From: Candidatus Hermodarchaeota archaeon
GTDB lineage: Archaea; Asgardarchaeota; Heimdallarchaeia; Hodarchaeales; Hodarchaeaceae
Direction of reading: 5' to 3'
Assembly (NCBI GenBank): GCA_048886185.1
Contig: JBHLKY010000009.1
Coordinates: 183,130 to 215,129 of the forward strand
Length of the DNA stretch: 32,000 bases
Positions 1 through 9,336 of this stretch are shown here, one piece after another (position 1 is the first letter of the stretch; the number at the start of each line of letters is the position of its first letter). The notes beneath the pieces were generated by a model that was not told the origin of the DNA, made no database searches, and worked only from the letters and a program-made list of their open reading frames with translations. Position numbers and translations under genes: made by a program.

Positions 1-29
1 AGGAAACTGAAAAAGCACTTAAAAAGTAA
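1..29 (+). CDS. 3' end of a gene entering from the left edge (...ETEKALKK*)
   Basis: Frame from position 3 reads GAA ACT GAA AAA GCA CTT AAA AAG TAA, followed by AT-rich intergenic DNA. Too short to identify. Confidence 0.3.
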
Positions 30-255
30 CAATTTATCCTCAGTTAGACTGGTGTTACTATTAGCTTAATACTTTTCTGAAATAAAGTTCATGACCCAAG
101 CCAATAATAAGATTACTTACTTAACCTAGCTCTGGCAATTTGTTTCAATAAAAAAACTCTAAAACCACTAGAAGTAAGGATAGTGCTTGTATTAGCACTA
201 AAACAGAGTAATACAGTGGTAAATAAAGTTCGATAATGGAATGGGTTAATTCTAA

Positions 256-471
256 TTAGAGTTCTAATTTATTCACCTGTTCTTTCATCTTTTTTTTCCT
301 ATCTGCTAAATTCTTTTTTACTTCTTTAACCTTCCTCTCTGCTTCGTCAAATTTAATTCTTGCTTCAAATTTCTTCTTTTCCGCCTGTTTCTCTAATTTT
401 TCCGCCTCCTTCCGTTTTTTTGTGGCCTCTTGCCTTTTCTTTTCCACCTCTTTCAACTTTTTTTCAGTCAT
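256..471 (-). CDS. Small Lys/Glu-rich coiled-coil protein (71 aa), unknown function
   Basis: ATG preceded by SD-like GGTGGT. Highly charged, all-helical-looking composition. Confidence 0.65.
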   Translation of the reverse strand: MTEKKLKEVEKKRQEATKKRKEAEKLEKQAEKKKFEARIKFDEAERKVKEVKKNLADRKKKMKEQVNKLEL

Positions 472-623
472 ACTACCACCTTTTGACCGATTTTTTCACT
501 TGTTTCAGATTAAATAATTATTAAAGACTTTTCATGATATCAGTTTGTTGATATAATATTTTTTGTCTCTAGCAAGTAATTTTAAATAATGTTGTCACAA
601 GGAAAAAGTAGCTATTTTGGATT

Positions 624-2972
624 TCATTGATCATAAATCTGTTCTTCAGAAAATTTATCTTTAAGCTTATTTGGCCTTAAAACTCTACCACAATGAGCAC
701 ATACTGGATATTTTGTTTTCCAATTGCTTCCACAGTAGTGACAAGTTTTTACTCTTCTTAGGAGGCGATTAAATATTCTAATATATAACCCCCAAACCAA
801 TGCAGTAATTGCTGCTATTGTTCCAATCCAAGCTCCCATATCACTTTCTAAAAATAGCCAAGCTAACCATTCAACTAAGAAATTTAATTTTGTTTGTACA
901 TAGATGGTTATATTGGTTTCTGCGGGGTAGTAACCATCCTTATGAGCTAAAAAGAAGCAATATAAATCGGTTTTTGTTTGCCTGGAATCTAAAATAATTG
1001 GATTTTCCCCTTTGAGAGTATAAAGAGATTTGTTATACCAAAGAGGTTCTTTCCATGAATCAGATTGGATTATAGCATAGTATTGAACATTTTTGCGGAG
1101 AATACCTACTTCATCACGAATTTCTAAATATATTTTGATTTGATCTTCCTGTATTGGTTTGGCTGGATTGACAAGAACATTCATTGTTAACGATCGTAAA
1201 ACCAAAAATGACGCTTCGAGTGTAAAAAATCCAACTTGTTTATGAAGAAGATGAATAGTAAATTTGATCGTCCCTCCTGTAGATACTGTGAAATTATAAC
1301 GAGTTGAATAATTCGATTCAACTGACAAAGTTGGATTGGCAATAATTGCGTTAATTGATTCTAATGGAGCAATGAGTACAAGCTGTGTATTGAAATATAA
1401 ACCTGAAGATTGTGTCCCATTATTCTCAGGAACAATTTGAATGAGTAAACTTTGTTCCTCACGAACTGTTATTGGATTATTAAACTCTAGAAGTAATTGG
1501 AAGGGGAAAATCGATCCTAGACCATTGAGGGCTTGGATATTGGCTTTTATCAATGATCCTTGTGTTGTATTATCAAATAAAAATAAACCAAGGGAAACAG
1601 AATAGAAAGCATAGAAGTATCCAGATGTAGAAGAATCATCAATATTGTTTGAAGCATGTCCACCAATGATGACAGTTTTATAGGCTTCTTCATTGAGATT
1701 GTCCCATAAAAGAATCAATAATCTCTGTAATTGCTCAAATGAAATTTTACCTATATCTGGTGAGGTAGTTAAAGAAAACCATTTAGTCATTTGAGAAAGT
1801 AGATTTATAAGAGCAAATTGATCACCTATGTATATCCGATCACTCGGATATATTGGTCCAGTCTTATCAAATTCATAAGTAACAATTCCGTTGAGATATA
1901 GGGTGTTTTCATGGCGAAAGAGTACTTGTATATCTGTTAAAAGACGAATTAACTTTTCTTGGTATAAATCAGCTAGAATTGGATCAAAAAAATCATAGAT
2001 TTCTCTATCAGCTTCAGTATTGAAGTCTTTTATCTGATTAAAATAATATTCTAACAGATATAAGCCATCTATGAAAAAAAACCAACTTATTTGGTTTCGA
2101 TAATGATACATTCCTAAAGATTGATCTCTTTCCGCGTGAAGGAACCCATAATCTAATCCTAAATTATACGATAGATTATAATCTAGGAATCCTTCAATCT
2201 TGTCCGTGGTCATATTCTCAAGATGTATTATTCGTTCGAGAAATCCGAGAACTTGTATCTCATCAAGAACCTTGTATGATAATTGCTGATAAATTATCAT
2301 AGCCATTAGCTGATCTTGGAGAGTCGCAATTGGGGAAATTGATCCTGGAATAGGATTCTCCGTGGCATCTAATAGAATAGAATGCCGAAAAAAAGCAGCA
2401 GGGGTTTCTTCATGTAAAAAAAGCTCAAGATTGTTCATGATGTTTTGTGCCATTTCAATCAAGGTTAAATTACGAGAAGGTTCAAGTGCTAACAAAGCTT
2501 TAGCTATCCAAAGGTTCATGCGTGTTGAGACATTTCGATCACCATCTTTTATAATGTAAAAGAGACCTTGATCTGTTTTATCCAATGACTCCTTGGAGTT
2601 GGCTAAATCGGCTGTGAGAACAAGGTCAAAATCTGAAAGTATCTTATCAACAAGATCCAAAGATGCCTTAATTGAATTTAATGCTGTAATAGCTTGACAG
2701 ATAATTTCTATTGTAGTTGTTAAATCATCATTAAGAAATTCACTGATATCCCAATTATCCGTCAAGTATCTAACAACTTCTTGTTGCTGTATTATTGATC
2801 TAGAAGAGATTTGAGTAGCCTGGGTGATAGGGCTAGGAAGTAAAAAATCTGGCTCAAATTCTCCTTGTTGAATAAATGAATAACATTTCGCTTTAGTTTC
2901 TAAAGATAAAGGTATACAAATTAGAAGTGTCATCAAGAGTATGAATCCAAGTTGTCTGTCTCTTTTTAGCAC
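624..2972 (-). CDS. Large membrane-anchored exported protein with C-terminal zinc ribbon (782 aa)
   Basis: GTG start with SD-like GAGG. N-terminal hydrophobic signal (LGFILLMTLLICIPLSL), long soluble region, C-terminal TM (WIGTIAAITALVWGLYIRIF), then CHYC-x10-CAHC. Confidence 0.8.
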   Translation of the reverse strand: MLKRDRQLGFILLMTLLICIPLSLETKAKCYSFIQQGEFEPDFLLPSPITQATQISSRSIIQQQEVVRYLTDNWDISEFLNDDLTTTIEIICQAITALNSIKASLDLVDKILSDFDLVLTADLANSKESLDKTDQGLFYIIKDGDRNVSTRMNLWIAKALLALEPSRNLTLIEMAQNIMNNLELFLHEETPAAFFRHSILLDATENPIPGSISPIATLQDQLMAMIIYQQLSYKVLDEIQVLGFLERIIHLENMTTDKIEGFLDYNLSYNLGLDYGFLHAERDQSLGMYHYRNQISWFFFIDGLYLLEYYFNQIKDFNTEADREIYDFFDPILADLYQEKLIRLLTDIQVLFRHENTLYLNGIVTYEFDKTGPIYPSDRIYIGDQFALINLLSQMTKWFSLTTSPDIGKISFEQLQRLLILLWDNLNEEAYKTVIIGGHASNNIDDSSTSGYFYAFYSVSLGLFLFDNTTQGSLIKANIQALNGLGSIFPFQLLLEFNNPITVREEQSLLIQIVPENNGTQSSGLYFNTQLVLIAPLESINAIIANPTLSVESNYSTRYNFTVSTGGTIKFTIHLLHKQVGFFTLEASFLVLRSLTMNVLVNPAKPIQEDQIKIYLEIRDEVGILRKNVQYYAIIQSDSWKEPLWYNKSLYTLKGENPIILDSRQTKTDLYCFFLAHKDGYYPAETNITIYVQTKLNFLVEWLAWLFLESDMGAWIGTIAAITALVWGLYIRIFNRLLRRVKTCHYCGSNWKTKYPVCAHCGRVLRPNKLKDKFSEEQIYDQ

Positions 2973-3056
2973 CTGATTAACCTCTTCTTATACGAATTCT
3001 TTCTGATTAATAGATAGAAAATCAAAATAAAAGGTTAAAAAAACAAGTAAATCTCA

Positions 3057-3989
3057 TTAACCTTCAGGAATGAGAGGAACTGATCGCGCATAATTTGAAC
3101 TTTGATAATAGAAGTGTACTTTTTTAATCGCTTCTAAAGAGAAATCAGTTTCTTGATGAATTTTTTGAATTGAAAAACCTGCTTCTAATCGTATTAAAAT
3201 ACGATCGACCTCTTCCGATTTTAACCCAAAAAAGAAGTTATATGCTGGAGGTTTCTTAAATTCTCTCATAGTTAAATATTCTTGAAGGTGAAGATGTTCA
3301 GCTAGTTGAATGACTTGTGTTCGATAAAGACCAGCTAGAGGCAGAAAATCACATGCATGATAAGTACCAAATTTAGTAAAGAATCCCAAAAGCCGTTCAG
3401 TTTTATTCGTGGAACCGATAACAGATTTATTTTCTGTCTCTGCTAATAAGAATGCTAATAGCATTCCTAAGCGGATTTGGGCTTTATGATAGGCTATGGT
3501 TCTCTGGATAAAGTGCTCTCGTGGTGATAATGGTTCTTCTGTGGGAGGCATAAAGGTTTTCTCTTCAATTTCATTAGCAGCCATACTTCTCAAAAGAAAA
3601 TAGCTTAAATTATAATTAAAAAGAGGACTAGCATCATAAAATATTACCTCCTTTTCATAAAAGCTTTTCCTAATCTCCTTAAGAGCTCCTTCTTTATTAA
3701 CAAACACGATATTCTCTGGAGGAAGGTTAATAAACTGATTTATTTCTTCTAAAGACATTCTTTCTTTTGGTGCTTTATAAATCAATCGTCCTCTCGTTAC
3801 GATTAGTTTAATATTCCTTTCTCCTACTATTTCTTTAGCAATGTGAACATTAATCAAGGATTCAACGCAATCACTAAATATAACGACAAGTCCCTTAATA
3901 TTTCTTTGATCTAACTTAGTACGAATAAATTCAACGATTTGTGCTTTTAAAGCAGACGAATTAATACTAAGACTATTATCAATTGTCAT
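3057..3989 (-). CDS. NAD+ synthetase (NadE)-like protein with degenerate PP-loop
   Basis: NadE-like segments KAQIRLGML, VIGSTNKTERLLGFFTKFG and DFLPLAGLYRTQVIQLAEHL. The SGGxDS motif is replaced by SDCVES. SD GGAG lies upstream of the ATG. Confidence 0.8.
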   Translation of the reverse strand: MTIDNSLSINSSALKAQIVEFIRTKLDQRNIKGLVVIFSDCVESLINVHIAKEIVGERNIKLIVTRGRLIYKAPKERMSLEEINQFINLPPENIVFVNKEGALKEIRKSFYEKEVIFYDASPLFNYNLSYFLLRSMAANEIEEKTFMPPTEEPLSPREHFIQRTIAYHKAQIRLGMLLAFLLAETENKSVIGSTNKTERLLGFFTKFGTYHACDFLPLAGLYRTQVIQLAEHLHLQEYLTMREFKKPPAYNFFFGLKSEEVDRILIRLEAGFSIQKIHQETDFSLEAIKKVHFYYQSSNYARSVPLIPEG

Positions 3990-4159
3990 AATTATTCTCC
4001 TTTACTAAATAATGAAAAATTTCTCATTTATATTTATTTCAATCTTGATCAGATTTCAGATTATATTCTTTCTCTATTACTTTAAATTGAAAGGGAATAA
4101 GGAGGCAAGTATTTTTTAGGAAAAGAATAAAAGTGATTTATTGAATATTCTAAGTAACA

Positions 4160-5578
4160 ATGATTTCATCGTGGTTACCCTCAAATCGGATGAAACACCT
4201 ACTCCTAATTTTCTTTTTTGTTATAATCCTAGGTCTTTTAATAATTTTTTATTTAATTAATCCACGCATTGGAAAAATGGTTATTTTTTCACTCGTTTTT
4301 ATTGTAACTTTTCTCCTAGTTGCAAAATATCATCTTGACCAACTAACTATCATCTTGGTTTCTTGCTTGATAGTGTTAATTTTAGCAATTTTTTTGTTAG
4401 AAGACTTTACTTGGTACAATGTAGTTGATCATTATATAGAATGGGAAGTACTTGCTGTAGTTTTTGGAATGTCACTTCTAGTTGAAACAATATCAGAAAC
4501 AGGATTGTTTGATTGGCTAATTATAAGAATTTTGAAAATTTCCAAAGGAGAAGTTTTTCCTTTGTTTGTTTTGACCTTTATCTTAACCATTTTATTATCA
4601 TCTGTGCTAGCAAATGTTACAGCAATGATCCTAGTTGGTTCAATGATTATCACCACTTGTAAAGGGCTTGATTATGATCCTACTCCCTTTATTGTTGGTG
4701 CTGTACTTGCTACTGACCTTGCTGGTATGGCAACAGTAGTATCTTCTTTACCAGCAATTCTAGTTGGAGCAAAGGCCGGGATTGGATTTGTTGAATTTCT
4801 TATAGTTTCATTCCCCTTCGTGATTTTATCGATTCCAATATGTATTTTTTACTTGAAAAAATACTTCCCTCCAGAGAAGATTCCCCTTAAGGAAGTATCA
4901 AGTGTCGATGCTCGAATGATTTTATCTTTGGATCCATGGGTAGTAGTAGAAGATATAACAAAATTTAGGTTAGCATTCGTATCACTATTTATAACAATTG
5001 TTGGATTTGCTCTTGCTCAGCCATTGAACATACCTATTGGGGTTATTGCCATCTCAGGAGGAATAATAGCAATTGTACTGACTAGGCCAAATGAGCAAGA
5101 ATTGATTGCCAAATTAAATTGGAGCGCTCTACTTCTGTTTGCAGGGCTCTTTATTTTAGTTGGGACATTAGAAGAGACTGAAGTTTTGGTTGATATTGCT
5201 CATTGGCTTAAGGAGATAAGCGGAGGCGATCTCTTTCTTTCTGGTTTTCTCATTCTTTTGATAACAGGTTTTTTCAGCGGACTTCTCGATAATATTCCTG
5301 TCACAGCTGCGCTTATTCCTGTAGTAGAAGATTTGAATACTTCTTTTGGCGATTCCAATCCGCATTTTCTTTGGTTTATCTTAGTTTTCTCTGGTGCGTT
5401 AGGTGGAGGATGGACACCTTTTGGTTCAGCGGCAGGTATCTTAGCGGTCTCCTTTCTTGCTAAAAAACGACCACTAGAATTTAAAACGTTTATCCTTTGT
5501 CTTCTACCCATATCGATTATCTTATTAATCCTTAGTGGTATTTATCTTTCACTCTTGGCACTGATAGGCCTAATTTGA
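4160..5578 (+). CDS. ArsB/NhaD/SLC13 (ion transporter superfamily) permease
   Basis: Polytopic hydrophobic 472-aa ORF with family-like motifs LSSVLANVTAMI, GLLDNIPVTAALIP and GALGGGWTPFGSAAG. The start could be the next ATG (MKHLL). Confidence 0.85.
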   Translation: MISSWLPSNRMKHLLLIFFFVIILGLLIIFYLINPRIGKMVIFSLVFIVTFLLVAKYHLDQLTIILVSCLIVLILAIFLLEDFTWYNVVDHYIEWEVLAVVFGMSLLVETISETGLFDWLIIRILKISKGEVFPLFVLTFILTILLSSVLANVTAMILVGSMIITTCKGLDYDPTPFIVGAVLATDLAGMATVVSSLPAILVGAKAGIGFVEFLIVSFPFVILSIPICIFYLKKYFPPEKIPLKEVSSVDARMILSLDPWVVVEDITKFRLAFVSLFITIVGFALAQPLNIPIGVIAISGGIIAIVLTRPNEQELIAKLNWSALLLFAGLFILVGTLEETEVLVDIAHWLKEISGGDLFLSGFLILLITGFFSGLLDNIPVTAALIPVVEDLNTSFGDSNPHFLWFILVFSGALGGGWTPFGSAAGILAVSFLAKKRPLEFKTFILCLLPISIILLILSGIYLSLLALIGLI

Positions 5579-5825
5579 ACTTAAAAAAGAATGTCTTGAT
5601 TCTTGATTAATCACAGTATTAGGGTTCATTAGTTATCCCGAGATTATCCTAAATCAAATAATTTATAGTTTATGTGCTGAAGCGTGGAACTTTTAGAATC
5701 AGATTTTTTCTTTTTGATTAATCATTTGGATCATGAACCAAGAACCTTAAAAAAGGATAAAAAATTGCTTGAATTCGTAAAAAATATGATTTATTTTGTC
5801 ATACGAAGAATTTTGAGGTTTTTAT

Positions 5826-6827
5826 ATGGATAAAATTGTAGAATGCGTACCTAATTTTTCAACTTCTGATTCTACAGTTATAAAAGCAATTACTGATGCG
5901 ATTGAAATGGTTGATAACGTAAAGTTGTTAAATGTGGATCCAGATGTTGATTATAATAGAGTTGTTGTCACATTTGTAGGAACCCCAGAATCTGTCGGGG
6001 AAGCTGCGTTCCAAGGCATCGTTAAAGCTACTGAACTCATCGATATGAGAAAACATAAAGGGGAACATCCCAGAGTAGGAGCAACCGATGTATGTCCTTT
6101 TGTTCCAGTTAGGGGAGTGAAAGATGATGATTGTATTAAAATAGCTAACAGGTTAGCTGAAAGAGTTGCCAAAGAATTGAAAATTCCAACTTATTTATAT
6201 GCTAAAGCTGCTCGTAACGAGGAAAGGGTGTCTTTACCAAATATTCGCAAAGGAGAATATGAGGGTTTACCAGAGAAAGTGATTGATCCAAATTGGAAAC
6301 CAGATTATGGCGACCCAATTTTTAATGAGCGTTCTGGAGCGACAGTCATCGGTGCGAGAGATTTTCTTATTGCTTATAATGTGAATATTGAATCTGAAGA
6401 TGTAGAGATTGCGATAGAAATTGGCCGAGCTGTTAGGGAATCAGGATGGTGGGTAGAAAAAGATGGGCAGAAAATACGAGAACCTGGAAAATTCAAAGGG
6501 ATTCAAGGCATGGGTGTAACTCTCGAAAGGCCAGATCGAAAATTAACCCAGGTATCAATGAATGTATTGAACTATAGGGAATTAACAAAACCACATGAAG
6601 TATTTGAAGAGATCAAAAGATTAGCCTCTGAAAAAGGAACGAAAGTAACAGGAAGCGAAATTGTTGGTTTGATTCCTTTAGAAGCTATCCTCATGGCTGG
6701 AAAAGACTATGCTCCAGAAGAAGAGGATCAAGAAAAATTGATCAACATTGCTATAGATAAGCTTGGATTAAGTGATCTTGACACTTTCAAACCTGAAGAG
6801 AAAATAATTGAGTTGATGATTAAATGA
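5826..6827 (+). CDS. ftcD: Glutamate formiminotransferase
   Basis: Signature N-terminus VECVPNFS, plus DYNRVVVTFVG, HKGEHPRVGATDVCPFVP, GARDFLIAYNVN, QVSMN and SEIVGLIP. SD GAGG. Confidence 0.95.
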   Translation: MDKIVECVPNFSTSDSTVIKAITDAIEMVDNVKLLNVDPDVDYNRVVVTFVGTPESVGEAAFQGIVKATELIDMRKHKGEHPRVGATDVCPFVPVRGVKDDDCIKIANRLAERVAKELKIPTYLYAKAARNEERVSLPNIRKGEYEGLPEKVIDPNWKPDYGDPIFNERSGATVIGARDFLIAYNVNIESEDVEIAIEIGRAVRESGWWVEKDGQKIREPGKFKGIQGMGVTLERPDRKLTQVSMNVLNYRELTKPHEVFEEIKRLASEKGTKVTGSEIVGLIPLEAILMAGKDYAPEEEDQEKLINIAIDKLGLSDLDTFKPEEKIIELMIK

Positions 6828-7453
6828 CAAAAGAGAATTTAATTGAACTTACTATATCAGAATTTGTAGAAGAAGTCGCGTCAGACAAACCAGCACCAGG
6901 AGGGGGAAGTGTAAGTGCTTTAGGCGGTGCTTTAGGATCTGCTTTGGCTGTGTTAGTAGGAAAAGCGACTGTTGGCAAGGAAAAATTCGCTGAAGTGCAG
7001 AAAGAGATGGAAACAGTAGTTTCGAGAGGAACCGAGCTATATAATTCACTAAATTTGTTAATAGATGAAGATACAAACGCTTTTAATCAAATTTTGAAGG
7101 CTTATAGGATGCCCAAGGAAAATCCAGAGACTCGTTCGAGAGCTATTCAAGAAGCCATGATTCATGCCGCTGAAGTTCCACTTAACACAGCAAAACTTAG
7201 TTTTGAAGCCTTAGACTTAGTTTTAGCTGTAGCTGAAAGGGGAAATAAAAATGCAATAACTGATGCAGGGGTTGCTGCTCTATTTGCTGATTCAGCTGTG
7301 AGAGGAGCACTATTTAATGTTAAAATTAACCTATTGAGCATTAAAGATGAAGAAGTGAAATCTAGATTTCGTCACGAAATGGATGAAATTACTGCGAAAC
7401 TTGATTCGAAAAGAGAAGCTATTTTGAAAGTTATTGAAGCAGAACTGGCTTGA
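6824..7453 (+). CDS. FTCD C-terminal family protein (formimino-THF cyclodeaminase / methenyl-THF cyclohydrolase FchA-like)
   Basis: ASDKPAPGGGSVSALGGALG, LIDEDTNAF, GNKNAITDAGVA and GALFNVKINL motifs. ATGA overlap with ftcD. Confidence 0.92.
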   Translation: MTKENLIELTISEFVEEVASDKPAPGGGSVSALGGALGSALAVLVGKATVGKEKFAEVQKEMETVVSRGTELYNSLNLLIDEDTNAFNQILKAYRMPKENPETRSRAIQEAMIHAAEVPLNTAKLSFEALDLVLAVAERGNKNAITDAGVAALFADSAVRGALFNVKINLLSIKDEEVKSRFRHEMDEITAKLDSKREAILKVIEAELA

Positions 7454-7480
7454 TTAATTACATTCCAGGAGTTATCAGAT

Positions 7481-8323
7481 GTGGTGACGATATTAGATGG
7501 AAAAAGAGTAGCAAAAACTTTAAGAAAAGAATTAAGTTCGAGAATAACTAAATTGGATCGTCATCCAACATTAGATATTATCTGTGTCGGAGAAGACCCA
7601 GCTTCAACAATTTATGCAAAGAATCAAGTAAAATATAGTTTAGAAATTGGAATTGAGGCTAAAATTCATCATTTTGAAAAAATAAGTGAGGAAGCACTGG
7701 TAGAATTCATTTCAACGGACTTGAAAGACAGAGATGCGATAATTGTACACTTTCCTCTTCCTGATAACCTGAATACAGAGAAAATTCTTGAGGCTATACG
7801 ACCAGATCAAGATGTTGACGGATTGCATTATGTTAATATCGGTCGTCGGTTATTCGATTATTTAAATGTTTTTTGGCCCAGTACACCCCTAGCATGTATA
7901 GAATTACTTGATCGCTATAATATTCCAATTGAAGGTAAACATGCCGTTGTTGTTGGCAGATCTCATTGGGTGGGACGACCAGTAGCCACATTGCTTGAAA
8001 AAAGGAATGCTACGGTCACTCAATGCCATTCATATAGCAAACCATTGTCTAACTACACACAGCTAGCTGATATACTGGTTATAGCAATTGGTAAGCCTAG
8101 AATAATTAGAGTAGATATGATTAAACAGGGTGCTATTGTCATAGATATTGGGATGAATCGAGATGAGGATGGTAAACTTTGTGGGGATGTTGATTTTGAC
8201 AAAGTCAAAGAGAAATGCAGTTATATTACTCCAGTGCCAGGCGGAATTGGTCCTATGACTGTTGCTGAACTATTAGCAAATACGGTCCTTGCCTCAGAAC
8301 GAAATCAATCGAAATTAACCTAA
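7481..8323 (+). CDS. folD: Methylene-THF dehydrogenase (FolD family), possibly monofunctional
   Basis: ILDGK, VGEDPAS, QDVDGLH, VVGRSHWVGRPVA, IDIGMNR and ITPVPGGIGPMTVA motifs. GTG start with SD GGAG. Confidence 0.95.
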   Translation: MVTILDGKRVAKTLRKELSSRITKLDRHPTLDIICVGEDPASTIYAKNQVKYSLEIGIEAKIHHFEKISEEALVEFISTDLKDRDAIIVHFPLPDNLNTEKILEAIRPDQDVDGLHYVNIGRRLFDYLNVFWPSTPLACIELLDRYNIPIEGKHAVVVGRSHWVGRPVATLLEKRNATVTQCHSYSKPLSNYTQLADILVIAIGKPRIIRVDMIKQGAIVIDIGMNRDEDGKLCGDVDFDKVKEKCSYITPVPGGIGPMTVAELLANTVLASERNQSKLT

Positions 8324-8478
8324 CTTGAGAGGTATAGTCTCACTCAACTTTTCAAAGAGTACCTTTATAATTAAGCCTGATTTGAAAAAAACTTAATAGG
8401 TTAAATTAGGTTATACTGTTCTCTCCTCGGAGTAAAATGTCTAATAATCCTAAATAAGATTCAAAATACTGATAGCAA

Positions 8479-9273
8479 ATGACTCTGTCTATAAATGATA
8501 TCTATAACCAGAATTGTCTTGAAGGAATGGATCAAATCGAACCGAAAACTGTAGATCTCTTATTGACCGATCCGCCATTTGGAATAGATTTTGACAAAGT
8601 TGGGTCCCAATATAATCGAAAACAAAAAGAATTGGGGCGATTTTACATCGAAATAAGTGGAAATTATTACGATTTTACCGTTCAGTGGCTTCAAGCCGCT
8701 TGGAAGGCGATGAAGCCTACTGCAAGTGGATTTATTTTTTCAGGGTGGAATCACTTAAGTGACATCCTTAATGCCCTCTCTAAAGTTGGATTTCGATTAG
8801 TGAATCACCTCATTTGGAAATATCAGTTTGGTGTTTTTACTAAAAAAAGATTTGTTGCAAGTCATTATCATATTCTCTATTTTACAAAGCTTCTTGAAAA
8901 AGAAGATAGCTTACGAACCTTTAATCGAATACCAGAATATTCTAGTTCTCCAGGAAAACTCTATTTTGAAGATGTCTGGAGAATCAACAGAGACTATCAA
9001 AAAGGAGGCGAAAAAACTCCTACTCGATTACCGCTAGCTGTAACTGACAAATGTGTTCGAATGGGGAGTAATGAGGGGGATTTGATATTGGAACCATTTT
9101 TAGGAAGTGGATCGGTAGTTCTCTCATGCATTAAGTTCAACAGACAGTATCTTGGTTTTGAAATATCAGAACCAATTTTCTTAATAGCCAAAAAAAGAAT
9201 AATTAAGATAAAAAAGCAGCTTGCTAGAAAAGACTCGAACCTAGATTCATGGCTAGTGACAACCAAAAAATAA
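8479..9273 (+). CDS. Site-specific DNA methyltransferase (N6-A/N4-C, beta class), orphan
   Basis: Catalytic motif IV DPPF near the N-terminus and SAM-binding motif I EPFLGSGS near the C-terminus. No restriction endonuclease gene adjacent. Confidence 0.9.
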   Translation: MTLSINDIYNQNCLEGMDQIEPKTVDLLLTDPPFGIDFDKVGSQYNRKQKELGRFYIEISGNYYDFTVQWLQAAWKAMKPTASGFIFSGWNHLSDILNALSKVGFRLVNHLIWKYQFGVFTKKRFVASHYHILYFTKLLEKEDSLRTFNRIPEYSSSPGKLYFEDVWRINRDYQKGGEKTPTRLPLAVTDKCVRMGSNEGDLILEPFLGSGSVVLSCIKFNRQYLGFEISEPIFLIAKKRIIKIKKQLARKDSNLDSWLVTTKK

Positions 9274-9336
9274 TTTTTTGAGATTAATTTTTCTCTGCCC
9301 AACCTTGCCTAAAACATGTTTATAAGGTGATGAATC

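Noticed and set aside
256-471. Lys-rich 71-aa protein as a histone or chromatin protein
   Set aside because: No histone-fold or Alba/Cren7-type pattern. The mixed K/E heptads fit a plain coiled coil.
6821-6830. Frameshift fusion of ftcD and the cyclodeaminase gene into a eukaryote-like bifunctional FTCD
   Set aside because: This is an ordinary ATGA stop/start overlap with its own ATG. I saw no slippery heptamer or stimulatory hairpin.
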